Counted from the stretch's first letter, positions 1-10,366 are shown. The stretch is DNA of 64,000 bases from Candidatus Micrarchaeia archaeon (GCA_049964795.1 JBMFWY010000001.1:12539-76538), one strand, 5' to 3'. Program-made: numbers and translations. Notes: generated by a model not told the origin, from the sequence alone.

Positions 1-417
1 CCGGTGGTAACTGCGCGGGAGGATGAAAGCGTTAAAAGCGTAGCTGCGAAAATGAAAGCGCATAACATAGGAGGTGTTGTTGTAGTTGACAAGGAAGGCT
101 TGCCAATAGGAATGATAACAGAAAGGGACATTGTAAGGAAATTGCTTGCTGGTACGAAACGCACCCTGTTTTTTGCAAAGGCAGAGCACATAATGAGCAA
201 ACCATTGCTTACCATAACAAAGGATAGGAAGCTGGAAGAAGCGGCAAAATATATGGCAGACAGTAAAGTGAAGAGATTGTGCGTGGTAGACGAGAACAGG
301 AAGCTGATAGGTATAATAACAGAAAGTGACATAACCAGAAATGCCAGCTACCTTATAGATGTGCTGAATGAAATGATAAGCACAGGCTATACAGAAGAGA
401 GGAACAAGGAAGAGTAG
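1..417 (+). CDS. CBS-pair domain protein (probably 5'-truncated by window edge)
   Basis: Two CBS repeats (VVVVDKEGLPIGMITERDI; LCVVDENRKLIGIITESDI). Confidence 0.85.
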   Translation, partial: PVVTAREDESVKSVAAKMKAHNIGGVVVVDKEGLPIGMITERDIVRKLLAGTKRTLFFAKAEHIMSKPLLTITKDRKLEEAAKYMADSKVKRLCVVDENRKLIGIITESDITRNASYLIDVLNEMISTGYTEERNKEE

Positions 418-521
418 CAGCTTGTTGAGAAGCTGCAAAATTCACATACCAAAGGTATTTAGCAGTTAGGCGAGCATTATCTTTACTTTTGGCGTTTTTC
501 AGCGCCGGAGGATGTGAAGAC

Positions 522-1163
522 ATGCTATTTAACGTATTGCTGTTAAGCCTGAATATATCATATTACTACAGCAACATTTACGCTATAATTACAGGATTTT
601 TCCATGCCTATGGGTATGCTGCTGTTTTCTTCCTCATGCTCTTAGAAAGCGCCACGATACCCGTGCCAAGCGAAATTGTGATGCCGCTTGCGGGACTCTT
701 CGCGGCAAAACATATATTCAGCTTCTACCCTGCGCTCATATCTTCCATAATAGGAAGTGGGGTTGGGATTGCAATAGATTACTATATAGGTTATTTCATA
801 GGAAAGGATTTGGTGTATAAGCACCTTAAATTCTTCCGCATAAAGCAGTCGCAGCTTGACTCTTTCGACAAATGGTTTGAGAGGAATGGAGTTGCCGCGG
901 TATTCATAACAAGGCTAGTCCCTGTCATAAGGACTGTGATGAGTTTCCCTGCAGGATTTGCAAAAATGAATCCAAAGGAGTTTTTTGCTTATTCGCTTTC
1001 AGGAGCTGCTATATGGAACACTGTGCTGATGGTGTTTGGATTTTATGCACTTTCAGGAACAAGCGCGGAGCAAATTCTTTCCGCTATTGGAATATTTGTG
1101 CTGGTGCTTTATGCAATCTATGCGCTTGCCTTAAGGCACCTCAATAGAAGAGGCGCGCACTAA
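522..1163 (+). CDS. DedA family membrane protein
   Basis: LESATIPVPSE and RLVPVIRT..SFPAG DedA motifs; ATG at 522 preferred over the ORF-track start at 489. Confidence 0.9.
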   Translation: MLFNVLLLSLNISYYYSNIYAIITGFFHAYGYAAVFFLMLLESATIPVPSEIVMPLAGLFAAKHIFSFYPALISSIIGSGVGIAIDYYIGYFIGKDLVYKHLKFFRIKQSQLDSFDKWFERNGVAAVFITRLVPVIRTVMSFPAGFAKMNPKEFFAYSLSGAAIWNTVLMVFGFYALSGTSAEQILSAIGIFVLVLYAIYALALRHLNRRGAH

Positions 1164-1285
1164 ACCTATTTATTATTTCCTTGGGCAAAAACTGCTGTGA
1201 TGAATAAGGTGATCACCGAGCAATTGCTATGACGAATGGTAGACGGGCTGATTTGTTGGACTTTGATCACGGTGTTGAAACGAAT

Positions 1286-2170
1286 ATGGAAAAAAATAGC
1301 AATGTAATGGAAAAACTCCACAAGAGTGTCATAAGAGCAACGGACATTGCGGCGCAGTTCTGGTGTGAAAAGCAGATGGAGCTGGGCTATATGTACGGCA
1401 GGAAGGAGAACCCTGAGATGCGCAGTGGCAGAGAGGCGCACAAGGAGATAGAGACCATAGTGAACATACCGCTCAAGCTCAAGCCCGAGAGCTATGCGGA
1501 TTCATTTTACAAAAATCTTTACGCTGGCTATCTTGCCTTCTCAACGCTAAAGGAAAGGGGAATTGCAAGGGAGATAAGCATATACGGCTCAATAAACGGG
1601 TTCAAAATTGCTGGTAAACTTGATGAGATAAGGCTAGAAGAAGGGAAGATTGCAGTTTATGAAGATAAAACTAAAGGCAGCGACAAAGAACCTACTGCGG
1701 CACAAATATCATCGCATGCGGTTCAAGTGCAGCTTTATGTAAAAATGCTAAAGGACATAAAGAGCGGCGCGTATTCGCTTGAAAATTTTGCGAGGAGTTA
1801 CTATATAGAAAATTTGAAGGTAACTCCAAACTTCACAAAGCAGCTTGAAGACGCAAAAATAAGCATGCGATATTATACGATAATGGAAGCGGCAAAAATG
1901 TACTTTGGGGAAATACTTAAAGCCCCAGAAATAAGTGATATTGCACACCTGCGCTATACATTTACCCCCACAGGAAAGGTAATAAAAATATCGGATGTAA
2001 AATATGAGGAGCAGGAGTTTTCCAAGAAGATTGGCTATGCTTTTGAATATTGGAGGGGAGAGAGAGAAGCAAAGCCAGTAGAGGAAAGCGAGAAATGGAA
2101 ATGCAACTACTGCCAATTTTTTGGCAAACAATGCAAGGTCTGGTATACAGAAAAGCAGAAGGTGCTTTAA
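1286..2170 (+). CDS. Exonuclease V (EXO5)-like PD-(D/E)XK nuclease with 4Fe-4S cysteines
   Basis: TDIAAQFWCE, G..AH, RE...G...GKLDE, EDKT, QVQLY, YWRGERE..WKCNYC....QC; 1+3 Cys arrangement; alternative start 1229. Confidence 0.75.
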   Translation: MEKNSNVMEKLHKSVIRATDIAAQFWCEKQMELGYMYGRKENPEMRSGREAHKEIETIVNIPLKLKPESYADSFYKNLYAGYLAFSTLKERGIAREISIYGSINGFKIAGKLDEIRLEEGKIAVYEDKTKGSDKEPTAAQISSHAVQVQLYVKMLKDIKSGAYSLENFARSYYIENLKVTPNFTKQLEDAKISMRYYTIMEAAKMYFGEILKAPEISDIAHLRYTFTPTGKVIKISDVKYEEQEFSKKIGYAFEYWRGEREAKPVEESEKWKCNYCQFFGKQCKVWYTEKQKVL

Positions 2171-2171
2171 G

Positions 2172-4856
2172 ATGCTGAGCAAGGAAGACTTAAGGAAGGA
2201 TTTTTCAAAAAATTATAAGGAGTATTATAGCACGAAGCTGTTTGAAAGCGAAGGCTTTGAAAGAAAGCAGTGCAGCATTTGCGGAAAATATTTCTGGACT
2301 ACGGACCACGATAGAAATTTGTGCGGAGACCCTTCGCATGAGCCTTATGCATTCATAAAAGATAGGCCTACAAAGGAGAGCTACTCCGGTTTTTGGAAGA
2401 AGTTCGCAGAATTCTTCAAGGAAAATGGACATGAGATAATAGAGAGTTATCCTGTAGTCAGCAGGTGGAGACCTGACTTGTATTTTGTCATTGCGGGCAT
2501 ACAGGATTTCCAGAGGCTAGAAAATGGAAGGATAAGTTTTGAATACAGTGCGAATCCGCTCCTTGTCCCGCAAATGTGCATGAGGTTTAGCGACGTCCCT
2601 AATGTAGGGGTAAGCGGAAGGCATTTCACTTCTTTCATGATGGCAAACCAGACCGCTTTCAACTATCCGAAGGAAGGCTATTGGAGGGATACCACTATAG
2701 ACCTCAACTTCAAGGCGCTCACATCTCTTCTTGGCATAAAGAAGAAAGACATAACATACGTTGAAGATGTTTGGGCCATGGGGGATTTTTCCGAATTTGG
2801 ACCTTGCCTGGAAAGCTTCTCAGGAGGCCTTGAAATAGTAAACAGCGTTTTCACACAGTTTGAGTATTCGCATGGAAAAATAAACGAGCTTGATGGGAAG
2901 GTAGTAGATGTAGGGTGGGGCTTTGAAAGGCTGCTTTGGTTTAAGACAGGGGAACAAACCGCTTATGATGCTGTTTTCCCGAAAGAGCTTGAATATATTT
3001 ATTCTAGCACGGGATTTAAGCCTGACAGAAAGCTCTATGCAAAGATAGCAGGAGCTGCGAGCGCGATAGATGTAGCTGAAGAGCACAGAAGCGACGAAGA
3101 GGAAAAACTTGCAAGAAAGCTGGGGATATCCGAGGAGGAATACCTCGAGGTAATAAAGCCCATGCAAGCAATATATGCTGTGCCAGACCACATGCGCAGC
3201 CTGCTCTTTGGAGTTAGTGGCGGCGCCCTTCCGAGCAACGTGGGAGGAGGCTATAACCTGCGCGTACTGCTCAGAAGGGTATTTGACTTTATGGCAAGAT
3301 ACAGCCTGGACATAGACCTAATGAGGATAATAGACATAGAGGTGAAAGAGCTTAATCCAATATACAAAAACATAGGAGAAGGGCTTGAGGAAATCAAAGA
3401 TATAATAGACATAGAGAAAAAGAGGTATGAGGAGACCAAGCGTTCAGCTAAGAGGATTGTTACGGATATGATAGCGAAAAAGGAACAGCCTACTGCTGAA
3501 AAGCTCAAGCTTCTTTACCAAAGCAACGGGATAACGCCCGATTTCATAAGCGCAGTTGCGAAAGAGAAAGGAGTAGACATTAAGATTTCAGAAGATGCTT
3601 ACTCTGGTATAATGGTAGGCGATTTCGTAGGAGGGAGGAAGAAAAAAGAGGAAGAAATAGGTATAGAATTGGAAGGCATAAAGCCTACTAAAAAGCTGTA
3701 TTACGAGTTTGCGGACAGCTCTATTTCAACTGTTCTGAAAAGCGAGGGCAACATGGTTGTAATAGACCAAAGCCCCTTTTATCCTGAGGGTGGAGGCCAA
3801 GAAGCAGACCATGGCACCATAAGCGGGGAAAAAGTAGTGGATGTAAAAAGCGCCAATGGTGTAATAGTACATTTTCTAGAAAAAAAGCACGCTTTCAAGA
3901 AAGGAGAGAAAGTGGAATGCAAAGTGGACATGGAGCGCAGGCTTAGGCTTATGGCGCACCATACTGCCACGCATCTTATAAGCGCTGCGGCAAGAAAAGT
4001 GTTGGGGCAGCATGCATGGCAGGAGGGCGCGAAGAAAAGCGAGGATAAGGCGCATATAGACATAGCGCATTACGAGAGGCTTACCGATAAGCAGCTGGAA
4101 GCCATAGAAGATACAGCTAACGACTACATAGTGAAAGGAATAAAGGTAAGCATGAAAGAGATGGATAGGAAAAGCGCCGAGACTAAATTCGGCTTTTCAA
4201 TATATCAAGGGCATGGAGTTCCCGCAAGCACACTCAGAATTGTAGAGATAGATGATACTAAAGGAAGGCTGATTGACGCGGAAGCGTGTGGGGGGCTCCA
4301 TCTTGCGGGCATGGAATCCAATATAGGGCTGATAAAGATAATTTCATCCTACAGGATTCATGATGGGATAGACAGGATAGAATTCGTTGCGGGCAAGGCG
4401 GCGGTTGATTACATAAAAGGCATGGAAGCGCAGATAAAGAAGATTGCAAGTATAGCTGGAGTAGAGCAAGCCAACATAGGCAAGGGAATAGAGGACAGAA
4501 TCGCCGAACTGCGCGAGATAAAGGAAAAATACGAGGCGCTGGAGCAGGAGATGGCAGGCGTGCTTGCAGAACAAATAGCCAAAGGCAGGCATGACAATGG
4601 GGTTGTAATTGCAAAATTCGATTATGACAGGAAAATGCTGAGGCGCATAGCCACTGAAGCGATAGAAAGAGACCACAAGCTTTCAGTGATTCTTTACAAT
4701 AATTCATTAGATGCAGTTGCGATTTCAGGCCCGGCTTCTGGAAAGAACGCGGCGGAGCTTCTAAAGTCCAATGCGGGTAATATAGCAGGCAAGGATGCAG
4801 TGCTTAAAGGCGGCGGCTCAGAAAGAATAGCTGAAGGCAGGATAGAAGCAAAATAG
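2172..4856 (+). CDS. alaS: Alanine--tRNA ligase, archaeal type
   Basis: N-terminal CxxC..FW, GRHFTSF, VDVGWGFERL, editing HHTATH and CGGLH, C-terminal GGG; AAGGTG RBS before ATG 2172. Confidence 0.97.
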   Translation: MLSKEDLRKDFSKNYKEYYSTKLFESEGFERKQCSICGKYFWTTDHDRNLCGDPSHEPYAFIKDRPTKESYSGFWKKFAEFFKENGHEIIESYPVVSRWRPDLYFVIAGIQDFQRLENGRISFEYSANPLLVPQMCMRFSDVPNVGVSGRHFTSFMMANQTAFNYPKEGYWRDTTIDLNFKALTSLLGIKKKDITYVEDVWAMGDFSEFGPCLESFSGGLEIVNSVFTQFEYSHGKINELDGKVVDVGWGFERLLWFKTGEQTAYDAVFPKELEYIYSSTGFKPDRKLYAKIAGAASAIDVAEEHRSDEEEKLARKLGISEEEYLEVIKPMQAIYAVPDHMRSLLFGVSGGALPSNVGGGYNLRVLLRRVFDFMARYSLDIDLMRIIDIEVKELNPIYKNIGEGLEEIKDIIDIEKKRYEETKRSAKRIVTDMIAKKEQPTAEKLKLLYQSNGITPDFISAVAKEKGVDIKISEDAYSGIMVGDFVGGRKKKEEEIGIELEGIKPTKKLYYEFADSSISTVLKSEGNMVVIDQSPFYPEGGGQEADHGTISGEKVVDVKSANGVIVHFLEKKHAFKKGEKVECKVDMERRLRLMAHHTATHLISAAARKVLGQHAWQEGAKKSEDKAHIDIAHYERLTDKQLEAIEDTANDYIVKGIKVSMKEMDRKSAETKFGFSIYQGHGVPASTLRIVEIDDTKGRLIDAEACGGLHLAGMESNIGLIKIISSYRIHDGIDRIEFVAGKAAVDYIKGMEAQIKKIASIAGVEQANIGKGIEDRIAELREIKEKYEALEQEMAGVLAEQIAKGRHDNGVVIAKFDYDRKMLRRIATEAIERDHKLSVILYNNSLDAVAISGPASGKNAAELLKSNAGNIAGKDAVLKGGGSERIAEGRIEAK

Positions 4857-4865
4857 GTGTTGGAT

Positions 4866-5372
4866 ATGCCTCTTGCTTATTATGTATACAATATCGTTGC
4901 CTACCCTGTCATATACATATTGCCTGCATATGTTGCAAACGGCGCTCCTGTGATTTTTGGGGGAGGCAAGCCATTGGACATGGGGAAAAAGCTTGGAGGG
5001 CTAAGATTGTTTGGCGACAACAAAACTATAAGGGGCACTGCGGCGGCATTGCTATCAGGAATAGCTGTTGGAGTTATAGAATTTCCATTTTTCAAGTATA
5101 TGCTTGCGATATCTATTCTGCTTTCCGCAGGCACGGTATTCGGAGACCTTCTTGGAAGCTTTCTCAAAAGGAGAATAGGTCTAAAGCCAGGAGCACCTTT
5201 TCCAGTTATGGACCAGTACGGTTTCTTCATCTTTGCAATGCTTTTCGCCGCACCGCTAGGAAATTATCCCTCTTTATATGGAATTCTGCTGCTTGTAGCC
5301 TTAACTGGAATTCTTCATGTACTTACCAATAAAGGCGCGCACAAGCTTCACCTTAAAAAAGTGCCTTGGTAA
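4866..5372 (+). CDS. carS: CDP-archaeol synthase (CarS/DUF46)
   Basis: PAYVANGAPV, FGDNKT.RG, GDLLGSFLKRR, DQ, KKVPW C-terminus. Confidence 0.9.
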   Translation: MPLAYYVYNIVAYPVIYILPAYVANGAPVIFGGGKPLDMGKKLGGLRLFGDNKTIRGTAAALLSGIAVGVIEFPFFKYMLAISILLSAGTVFGDLLGSFLKRRIGLKPGAPFPVMDQYGFFIFAMLFAAPLGNYPSLYGILLLVALTGILHVLTNKGAHKLHLKKVPW

Positions 5373-5466
5373 GTATTGCATTTTAGGGTCTTTTGGGAAA
5401 AACTAGGGGCAATTCTATAAAGGGTAGAAATAAAAATTTTCTCAAATCAACCAGTATAGGTGTAGA

Positions 5467-5943
5467 ATGTCGAATCTGTTTCCTGCGGAGGCAGGCATAA
5501 CGCAGATGAGAGGCGTGCTCAAACTTGTCAAAGACAATGGAGACAGCATGGGCATTGCCGAGCTTGCAGATGAAGCAGAAGAAGAGATAGATGACCTTTT
5601 CCCAATACTGGATGCATGCAAAATACTGGGGCTTGCGAAAGTCGAAGACGGGAAAGTGAAGCTCACGGAAGACGGCAAAAAACTAAACCTCAAGAACATG
5701 CAGAAGATAATAAAAGGGCCGCTATGCGAGGCCGAGCCGTTTAAGACTGTGCTTATGGCTGCAAAAATAGAAGGAAGCGTAACAACAGAGAAGCTTGCCG
5801 ATATACTAAAAGAGAACAATCTCGCATTCTACAGCGACAAGCTTAAATATATGGAGCAGCTGAGGAAGCTGCTCGTAAAATGGGCAGTGAGGCTAAAAAT
5901 TCTTGTATATGACCAGGAAAATGATAGCTGGAGAGCAGTATAA
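5467..5943 (+). CDS. Stand-alone AAA-associated C-terminal (winged-helix-like) domain protein
   Basis: LADE...IDDLFPILDACKILGLA..EDGKVKLT resembles the C-terminal domain fused to NitT/TauT ATPases; adjacent to such an ATPase. Confidence 0.7.
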   Translation: MSNLFPAEAGITQMRGVLKLVKDNGDSMGIAELADEAEEEIDDLFPILDACKILGLAKVEDGKVKLTEDGKKLNLKNMQKIIKGPLCEAEPFKTVLMAAKIEGSVTTEKLADILKENNLAFYSDKLKYMEQLRKLLVKWAVRLKILVYDQENDSWRAV

Positions 5944-5967
5944 TACTCATTCGCATTTTGCAGCTAT

Positions 5968-6723
5968 TCATTTAGTAAGCAATTCGTAGATTCGGTCAAC
6001 CGCCGCCATGAACGCCTTGCTGTGCCTGTTTCTTGGATAGCCGAGCTTTATAGGTATCTCCTGCTTTATCCTTGTGGGCTTGTTAGAAAGCACGAGTATA
6101 TTGTCAGACATTTCTACGGCTTCCTCTACGTTATGGGTTACCATTATTACAGAGTTTACGGAGATATCACTGCTTTTGAGCATGTAGACTACGTCTTCCC
6201 TTAGCGCATTTGCAGTTAGCTCATCGAGGGAGCTGAAAGGCTCATCCATAAGAAGCACATTTGGATTTGAAACGATTGCCCGAGCTATACCCACCCTTTG
6301 CTTCATCCCTCCGCTCAATGCATTTGGATAGTAGCTTGCAACACTTTCCAAGCCCATTTTTTCAAGCGCTTCTTCGGCGCGCCTTTTCTTTTCCTGGTCG
6401 CCTAGCGCTGAATTTGAAAGGCCGACCTCTACATTTTCTATATTGGTCAACCAAGGAAGCAATGCAAAATCCTGGAAGACAAAAGAGATTTCGCTAGTAG
6501 GGGCATAAAGAGGCTTGCCCTTGTATATAACTTCTCCAGATACCGGCATGATCAGCTTGGCAAGTATGCGTAGCAGGGTGCTTTTGCCGCATCCTGAAGG
6601 ACCTATAAGCGAAATGAACTCGCCTTTTTGTGCTTTGAAGCTGACTCCATCTATGATCTTTTGGTTGGGGCTATCGGGATAATAAAAGGTTATTCCTTTT
6701 GCCTCAAGCATTATTTCACTCAT
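5968..6723 (-). CDS. NitT/TauT-type ABC transporter ATP-binding protein
   Basis: GPSGCGKST, VFQDFALLPW, LSGGMKQR, LLMDEPFSSLD, VTH. Confidence 0.93.
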   Translation of the reverse strand: MSEIMLEAKGITFYYPDSPNQKIIDGVSFKAQKGEFISLIGPSGCGKSTLLRILAKLIMPVSGEVIYKGKPLYAPTSEISFVFQDFALLPWLTNIENVEVGLSNSALGDQEKKRRAEEALEKMGLESVASYYPNALSGGMKQRVGIARAIVSNPNVLLMDEPFSSLDELTANALREDVVYMLKSSDISVNSVIMVTHNVEEAVEMSDNILVLSNKPTRIKQEIPIKLGYPRNRHSKAFMAAVDRIYELLTK

Positions 6724-6762
6724 TCGATTACCTAATTATTAGAGCATAAAATAATCTGCCTT

Positions 6763-8370
6763 TTACTTATAGGTGTTGGAAACTTTTCTATAAAGCCTTT
6801 TCCAAATAAAAGTATTTACTAATATTATCATTGCGGTTAGGTTGAGCAAAGCCGTTATCATCAGCGCCATATTGCCGGCCCCAAGAGACACATCGAGTAG
6901 CTTGCCTATGCCAACCCCTACAGAGCTTACCACATTGGTGCCGCTTATGCCAGTAGTTGTAAAATACTCCGCCACTATGCTTGCATTCCATTCTGCGGCT
7001 ATTGCCGTTACGCTTCCGGTTACCAGGCCGGGCAGAAGCGCTTTGCTGTAAAGGTATTTCCATGCGCTTTTGCCATTTATACCGAAGAGTTTCTTTACTT
7101 CGAATATTTCTCCGGATATTGAAGAGGAGCTGGCAATTACGCTGAATATTATATACCAAATTCCGCTAAGGAAAAATATTACGAAAGCGGTAATCTCGCT
7201 GTGCAGCGGTGAGTTCCTTAAGGCTATTACTATTATAGGCAATAGGATTGTAGCGGGAATGGAAGCTACTACCTGAAAAAACAAGAGATAGAAATTGCGG
7301 TGTCTTGAAATAAAAACCAGATAGATGCAAACGGGAAATGCAATTGCCAATATGGCTGCAAAAGCGAACCAAACCCGCGCAAAGGACGCGGCTAGAGCTA
7401 ACAATGACGCATATTCATATTTTGCAAGCATTGGATAATGAAGGACAAGAGCCAGAATAAGCATTGCAAAAGCAATCGCAAAGATCCCTGCCAAGCCTTT
7501 TTTCAATCCTTTTATCTTGAGCCTTTCGCTATCGGCTGCAATTGGTTTCGGATGCGCTTTTGCTATGCGGATTTTCGCGAAATTTCGCATGCGCAGTGAG
7601 TTCGATACATTAAGCTTCTTTGCAGGCAGATGAAACAGCTTGGGCAAATAATTGAAAGCCTTGGCAAAACCGAAATGAAGCATGTGCTTCTTTGTCTCTT
7701 CAGAAATCCTGTTATACCTGCTGAAATGCATCTCTAAAGGCCTAAAAAACAGAAAGCGCGTTGCTATTACAAAAGACACGAAAACGGCTATACCTGTTGC
7801 ATAGTATAGGTAGTTGCCTGAAAAGGCGAGTTGAGCTAGAGCTACACCTATCCCATATTTTACTGCATAATTTGAGTTGCCTATTGAAAATATTTCGCTC
7901 GTTACCAAATAGAACAGACCGATGGACCATGAAAGCACTGATTGTTCGATGACCCTAGGCATTGCCGCAGGAACGAAAATCTTTCGAAGCCTTTTCCAGG
8001 GGCTCATACCGTATAGATCGGCGAGCTCTATGAATTCGTTTGGCAGAATCTTGACCGCTTCGTAAACGCCGAATATTATGTTCCATGCCATGCTTGTTAC
8101 AATCAAGAATATTACTGCTGCATTTACCCCTATGTATCCGGGAAGCAGGAACACGAACACATATATGACAAACGGGAAAAATGCAAGTATTGGAAGCGTC
8201 TGGAATATATCTATGATAGGCAGTATTATCCTTTCCGCATTCTTTGAAATGGCAGCATATATACCTATAGCAAGGCTTATCAGTATAGAAATAAAAAGCG
8301 CAGCGAACATCCTAACCCAAGAAGCGGTTGTGTCCAGAATTATAAGTGCAAGGAATGAGAAAAGGTCCAT
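6763..8370 (-). CDS. NitT/TauT-type ABC permease with two membrane domains
   Basis: Duplicated BPD permease, DIFQTLPIL, many TM helices; upstream of ATPase. Confidence 0.85.
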   Translation of the reverse strand: MDLFSFLALIILDTTASWVRMFAALFISILISLAIGIYAAISKNAERIILPIIDIFQTLPILAFFPFVIYVFVFLLPGYIGVNAAVIFLIVTSMAWNIIFGVYEAVKILPNEFIELADLYGMSPWKRLRKIFVPAAMPRVIEQSVLSWSIGLFYLVTSEIFSIGNSNYAVKYGIGVALAQLAFSGNYLYYATGIAVFVSFVIATRFLFFRPLEMHFSRYNRISEETKKHMLHFGFAKAFNYLPKLFHLPAKKLNVSNSLRMRNFAKIRIAKAHPKPIAADSERLKIKGLKKGLAGIFAIAFAMLILALVLHYPMLAKYEYASLLALAASFARVWFAFAAILAIAFPVCIYLVFISRHRNFYLLFFQVVASIPATILLPIIVIALRNSPLHSEITAFVIFFLSGIWYIIFSVIASSSSISGEIFEVKKLFGINGKSAWKYLYSKALLPGLVTGSVTAIAAEWNASIVAEYFTTTGISGTNVVSSVGVGIGKLLDVSLGAGNMALMITALLNLTAMIILVNTFIWKRLYRKVSNTYK

Positions 8371-8543
8371 GATATCAAATAAGTAAAGAGCTTAGATGAA
8401 ATTTATAAACATGTATGGAGAATATACTAATGCATTACGAGGGCAAGCTGAACAAGCTTCAATAAAAAGGATTTTTACATTGCAAAAGCGTTTGAAGTTT
8501 GCTGCAAAATAGGGCAATGCAGTAGTGCTGAAAGGTGTTCATA

Positions 8544-9107
8544 ATGATAGAAAGAACTCTAGTATTGATAAAGCCAGAGGGTGTTTACCGCGCGCTCGTA
8601 GGTAAGATAATAACAACGTTTGAAGATGCAGGGCTAAAGATCGTAGGAATAAAGATAGTAAGGCCAAATGAGGACATTGCGGGCAAGCATTATGCCGCTG
8701 ACGAGGAATGGCTTGCTTCTGTTGGCAGAAAAACGAAAGAGTCTGCACAAAAAAGAGGCATAGAGATAAAGGAAAGCGAGATAGAAATAGGAAACAGAGT
8801 GAGAAATTTGCTTCTTAAGCATTTGACAAGCGGGCCTGTAATTGCGATGGCTCTTGAAGGCAATGAGGCTATATATGTAGTAAGGAAGCTAGCAGGAAGT
8901 ACTGAGCCAAGGAGTGCTGACCCGTCTTCTATAAGAGGCAAATATGGCGTGGATTCTTACGAAATGGGAGACATGAAGGGGAGGCCCGTGCAAAATGTAG
9001 TCCATGCTTCTGAAGATGCAAAAGCTGCGAAAAAAGAGCTTGAGCTTTGGTTCGATGAATCTGAGCTCGTGGAATATCGCAGAGCAGATGAAGAGCATAT
9101 ATACTGA
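8544..9107 (+). CDS. ndk: Nucleoside diphosphate kinase
   Basis: ERTLVLIKPEG, SGPV, GSTEP, SIRG, NVVHAS; AAAGGTG RBS at 8531. Confidence 0.95.
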   Translation: MIERTLVLIKPEGVYRALVGKIITTFEDAGLKIVGIKIVRPNEDIAGKHYAADEEWLASVGRKTKESAQKRGIEIKESEIEIGNRVRNLLLKHLTSGPVIAMALEGNEAIYVVRKLAGSTEPRSADPSSIRGKYGVDSYEMGDMKGRPVQNVVHASEDAKAAKKELELWFDESELVEYRRADEEHIY

Positions 9108-9168
9108 GAGATTATTTGCGCGCACGTAGTATAATAAGTTTTGACAAGGAAAAAGCAAATCAAAAGTT

Positions 9169-9462
9169 TTAGTCCCTGTACTTGAGCGAATCGCTCATCA
9201 TATCTGGACTCCATGCGGGATCCCAGACCAGCTCTATATCCACATTGCCCCCGGATTTTAGAGCTTCAAGCCTTAGTTTTACATCTGCAAGTATTATGCT
9301 TGTAACAGGACACATTGGCGAAGTCATAGTAAGTTTAACTTTTATATTTTTGCCGTCTATAATTTTTATATCGTAAATAAGCCCGAGATCAACAATGTTG
9401 GCATTTAGTTCAGGGTCTATGCATTGTGAGAGCGCTTTTACAACGTCTTGTGTGGTAACCAT
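9169..9462 (-). CDS. DUF59/SufT metal-sulfur cluster assembly protein
   Basis: DPEL..NIVDLGLIY, TMTSPMCP, WDPAWSPDMMS. Confidence 0.92.
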   Translation of the reverse strand: MVTTQDVVKALSQCIDPELNANIVDLGLIYDIKIIDGKNIKVKLTMTSPMCPVTSIILADVKLRLEALKSGGNVDIELVWDPAWSPDMMSDSLKYRD

Positions 9463-9547
9463 TACTATCATCGAAAATATTCTCTACAATTAGCATTATA
9501 TTGTTTGCCATACAATTTATTTCATAATAGGAAATTTTACGGCGGTT

Positions 9548-10366
9548 ATGGTGGATGCAAGAGTTTATACAAAAATACTTAAAGGAATTGGATCTAGCTC
9601 TCCTGCTTATACTTGTCCTTATTGCGGAATGATCAATTACAGTCCAGTTGGAGCTTTTTTCTGTTCTGGATGCGAAGCGTTTGTGCCTTCGCCGAAGGAG
9701 ATAGGCCAGGAAAAAATTAGACGCGCCCAAGAGATAAGAGATTTTGTAAAGGGTAACAGTTTTGGCGAAGCGGAAAAGGCGTATGAATCTATTGAGGAAT
9801 ATACGACAAATCCATATTTCCCATATTCAGAGGCATTAGTATGCATTCTTGAATCAAATTATGAAGCAGGCAAAATAGATTACATGCTTAAAGGCTTTAT
9901 GGAGGACAACGTCACACACAGGAATAATTCGCTTGCCTCATTTTCAAAAGCAAAGCTTCTCTTTGCCAAGGCGATATTCACTGCAAGAAAAAACATTTCT
10001 GGAGGGGAAAATACTGCAGAGTACCTGCATGCTATGTTTATGTCTTACATAAAATCAGGAGATCTGAAAGCAGCGCACGCTACTCTCGAAAAGGTAGAAA
10101 AGCTTGGCGATGCACTCGTGTCAGAATATGAAAATATGGTATTAAAAAGCAACTTAGGTGATTATGAGGGAATGGCAAAGCACGCCGAAAAGCTGCTTTC
10201 GAAAGACATGTTTGCAGTAAATGCGGCATATTATTTAGCATATTCATTATTCAAAACAAAGAAGCTGAAGGAGGCGCTTATTCTTCTTGAATCCTTTCCT
10301 GACAGCACTGAAAATGAAGCAGTAAAGGCGCTTATAAAGGAGATAAAAAGGTGTTTGGAAGTTTAG
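9548..10366 (+). CDS. Zinc-ribbon plus TPR-like helical repeat protein
   Basis: CPYCG...CSGC N-terminus; amphipathic helical repeats (AYYLAYSLF...EALILL). Confidence 0.55.
   Translation: MVDARVYTKILKGIGSSSPAYTCPYCGMINYSPVGAFFCSGCEAFVPSPKEIGQEKIRRAQEIRDFVKGNSFGEAEKAYESIEEYTTNPYFPYSEALVCILESNYEAGKIDYMLKGFMEDNVTHRNNSLASFSKAKLLFAKAIFTARKNISGGENTAEYLHAMFMSYIKSGDLKAAHATLEKVEKLGDALVSEYENMVLKSNLGDYEGMAKHAEKLLSKDMFAVNAAYYLAYSLFKTKKLKEALILLESFPDSTENEAVKALIKEIKRCLEV

Noticed and set aside
1286-2170. CRISPR-associated Cas4
   Set aside because: No cas genes or repeat-spacer array were seen in the window, and the motif order fits EXO5 better
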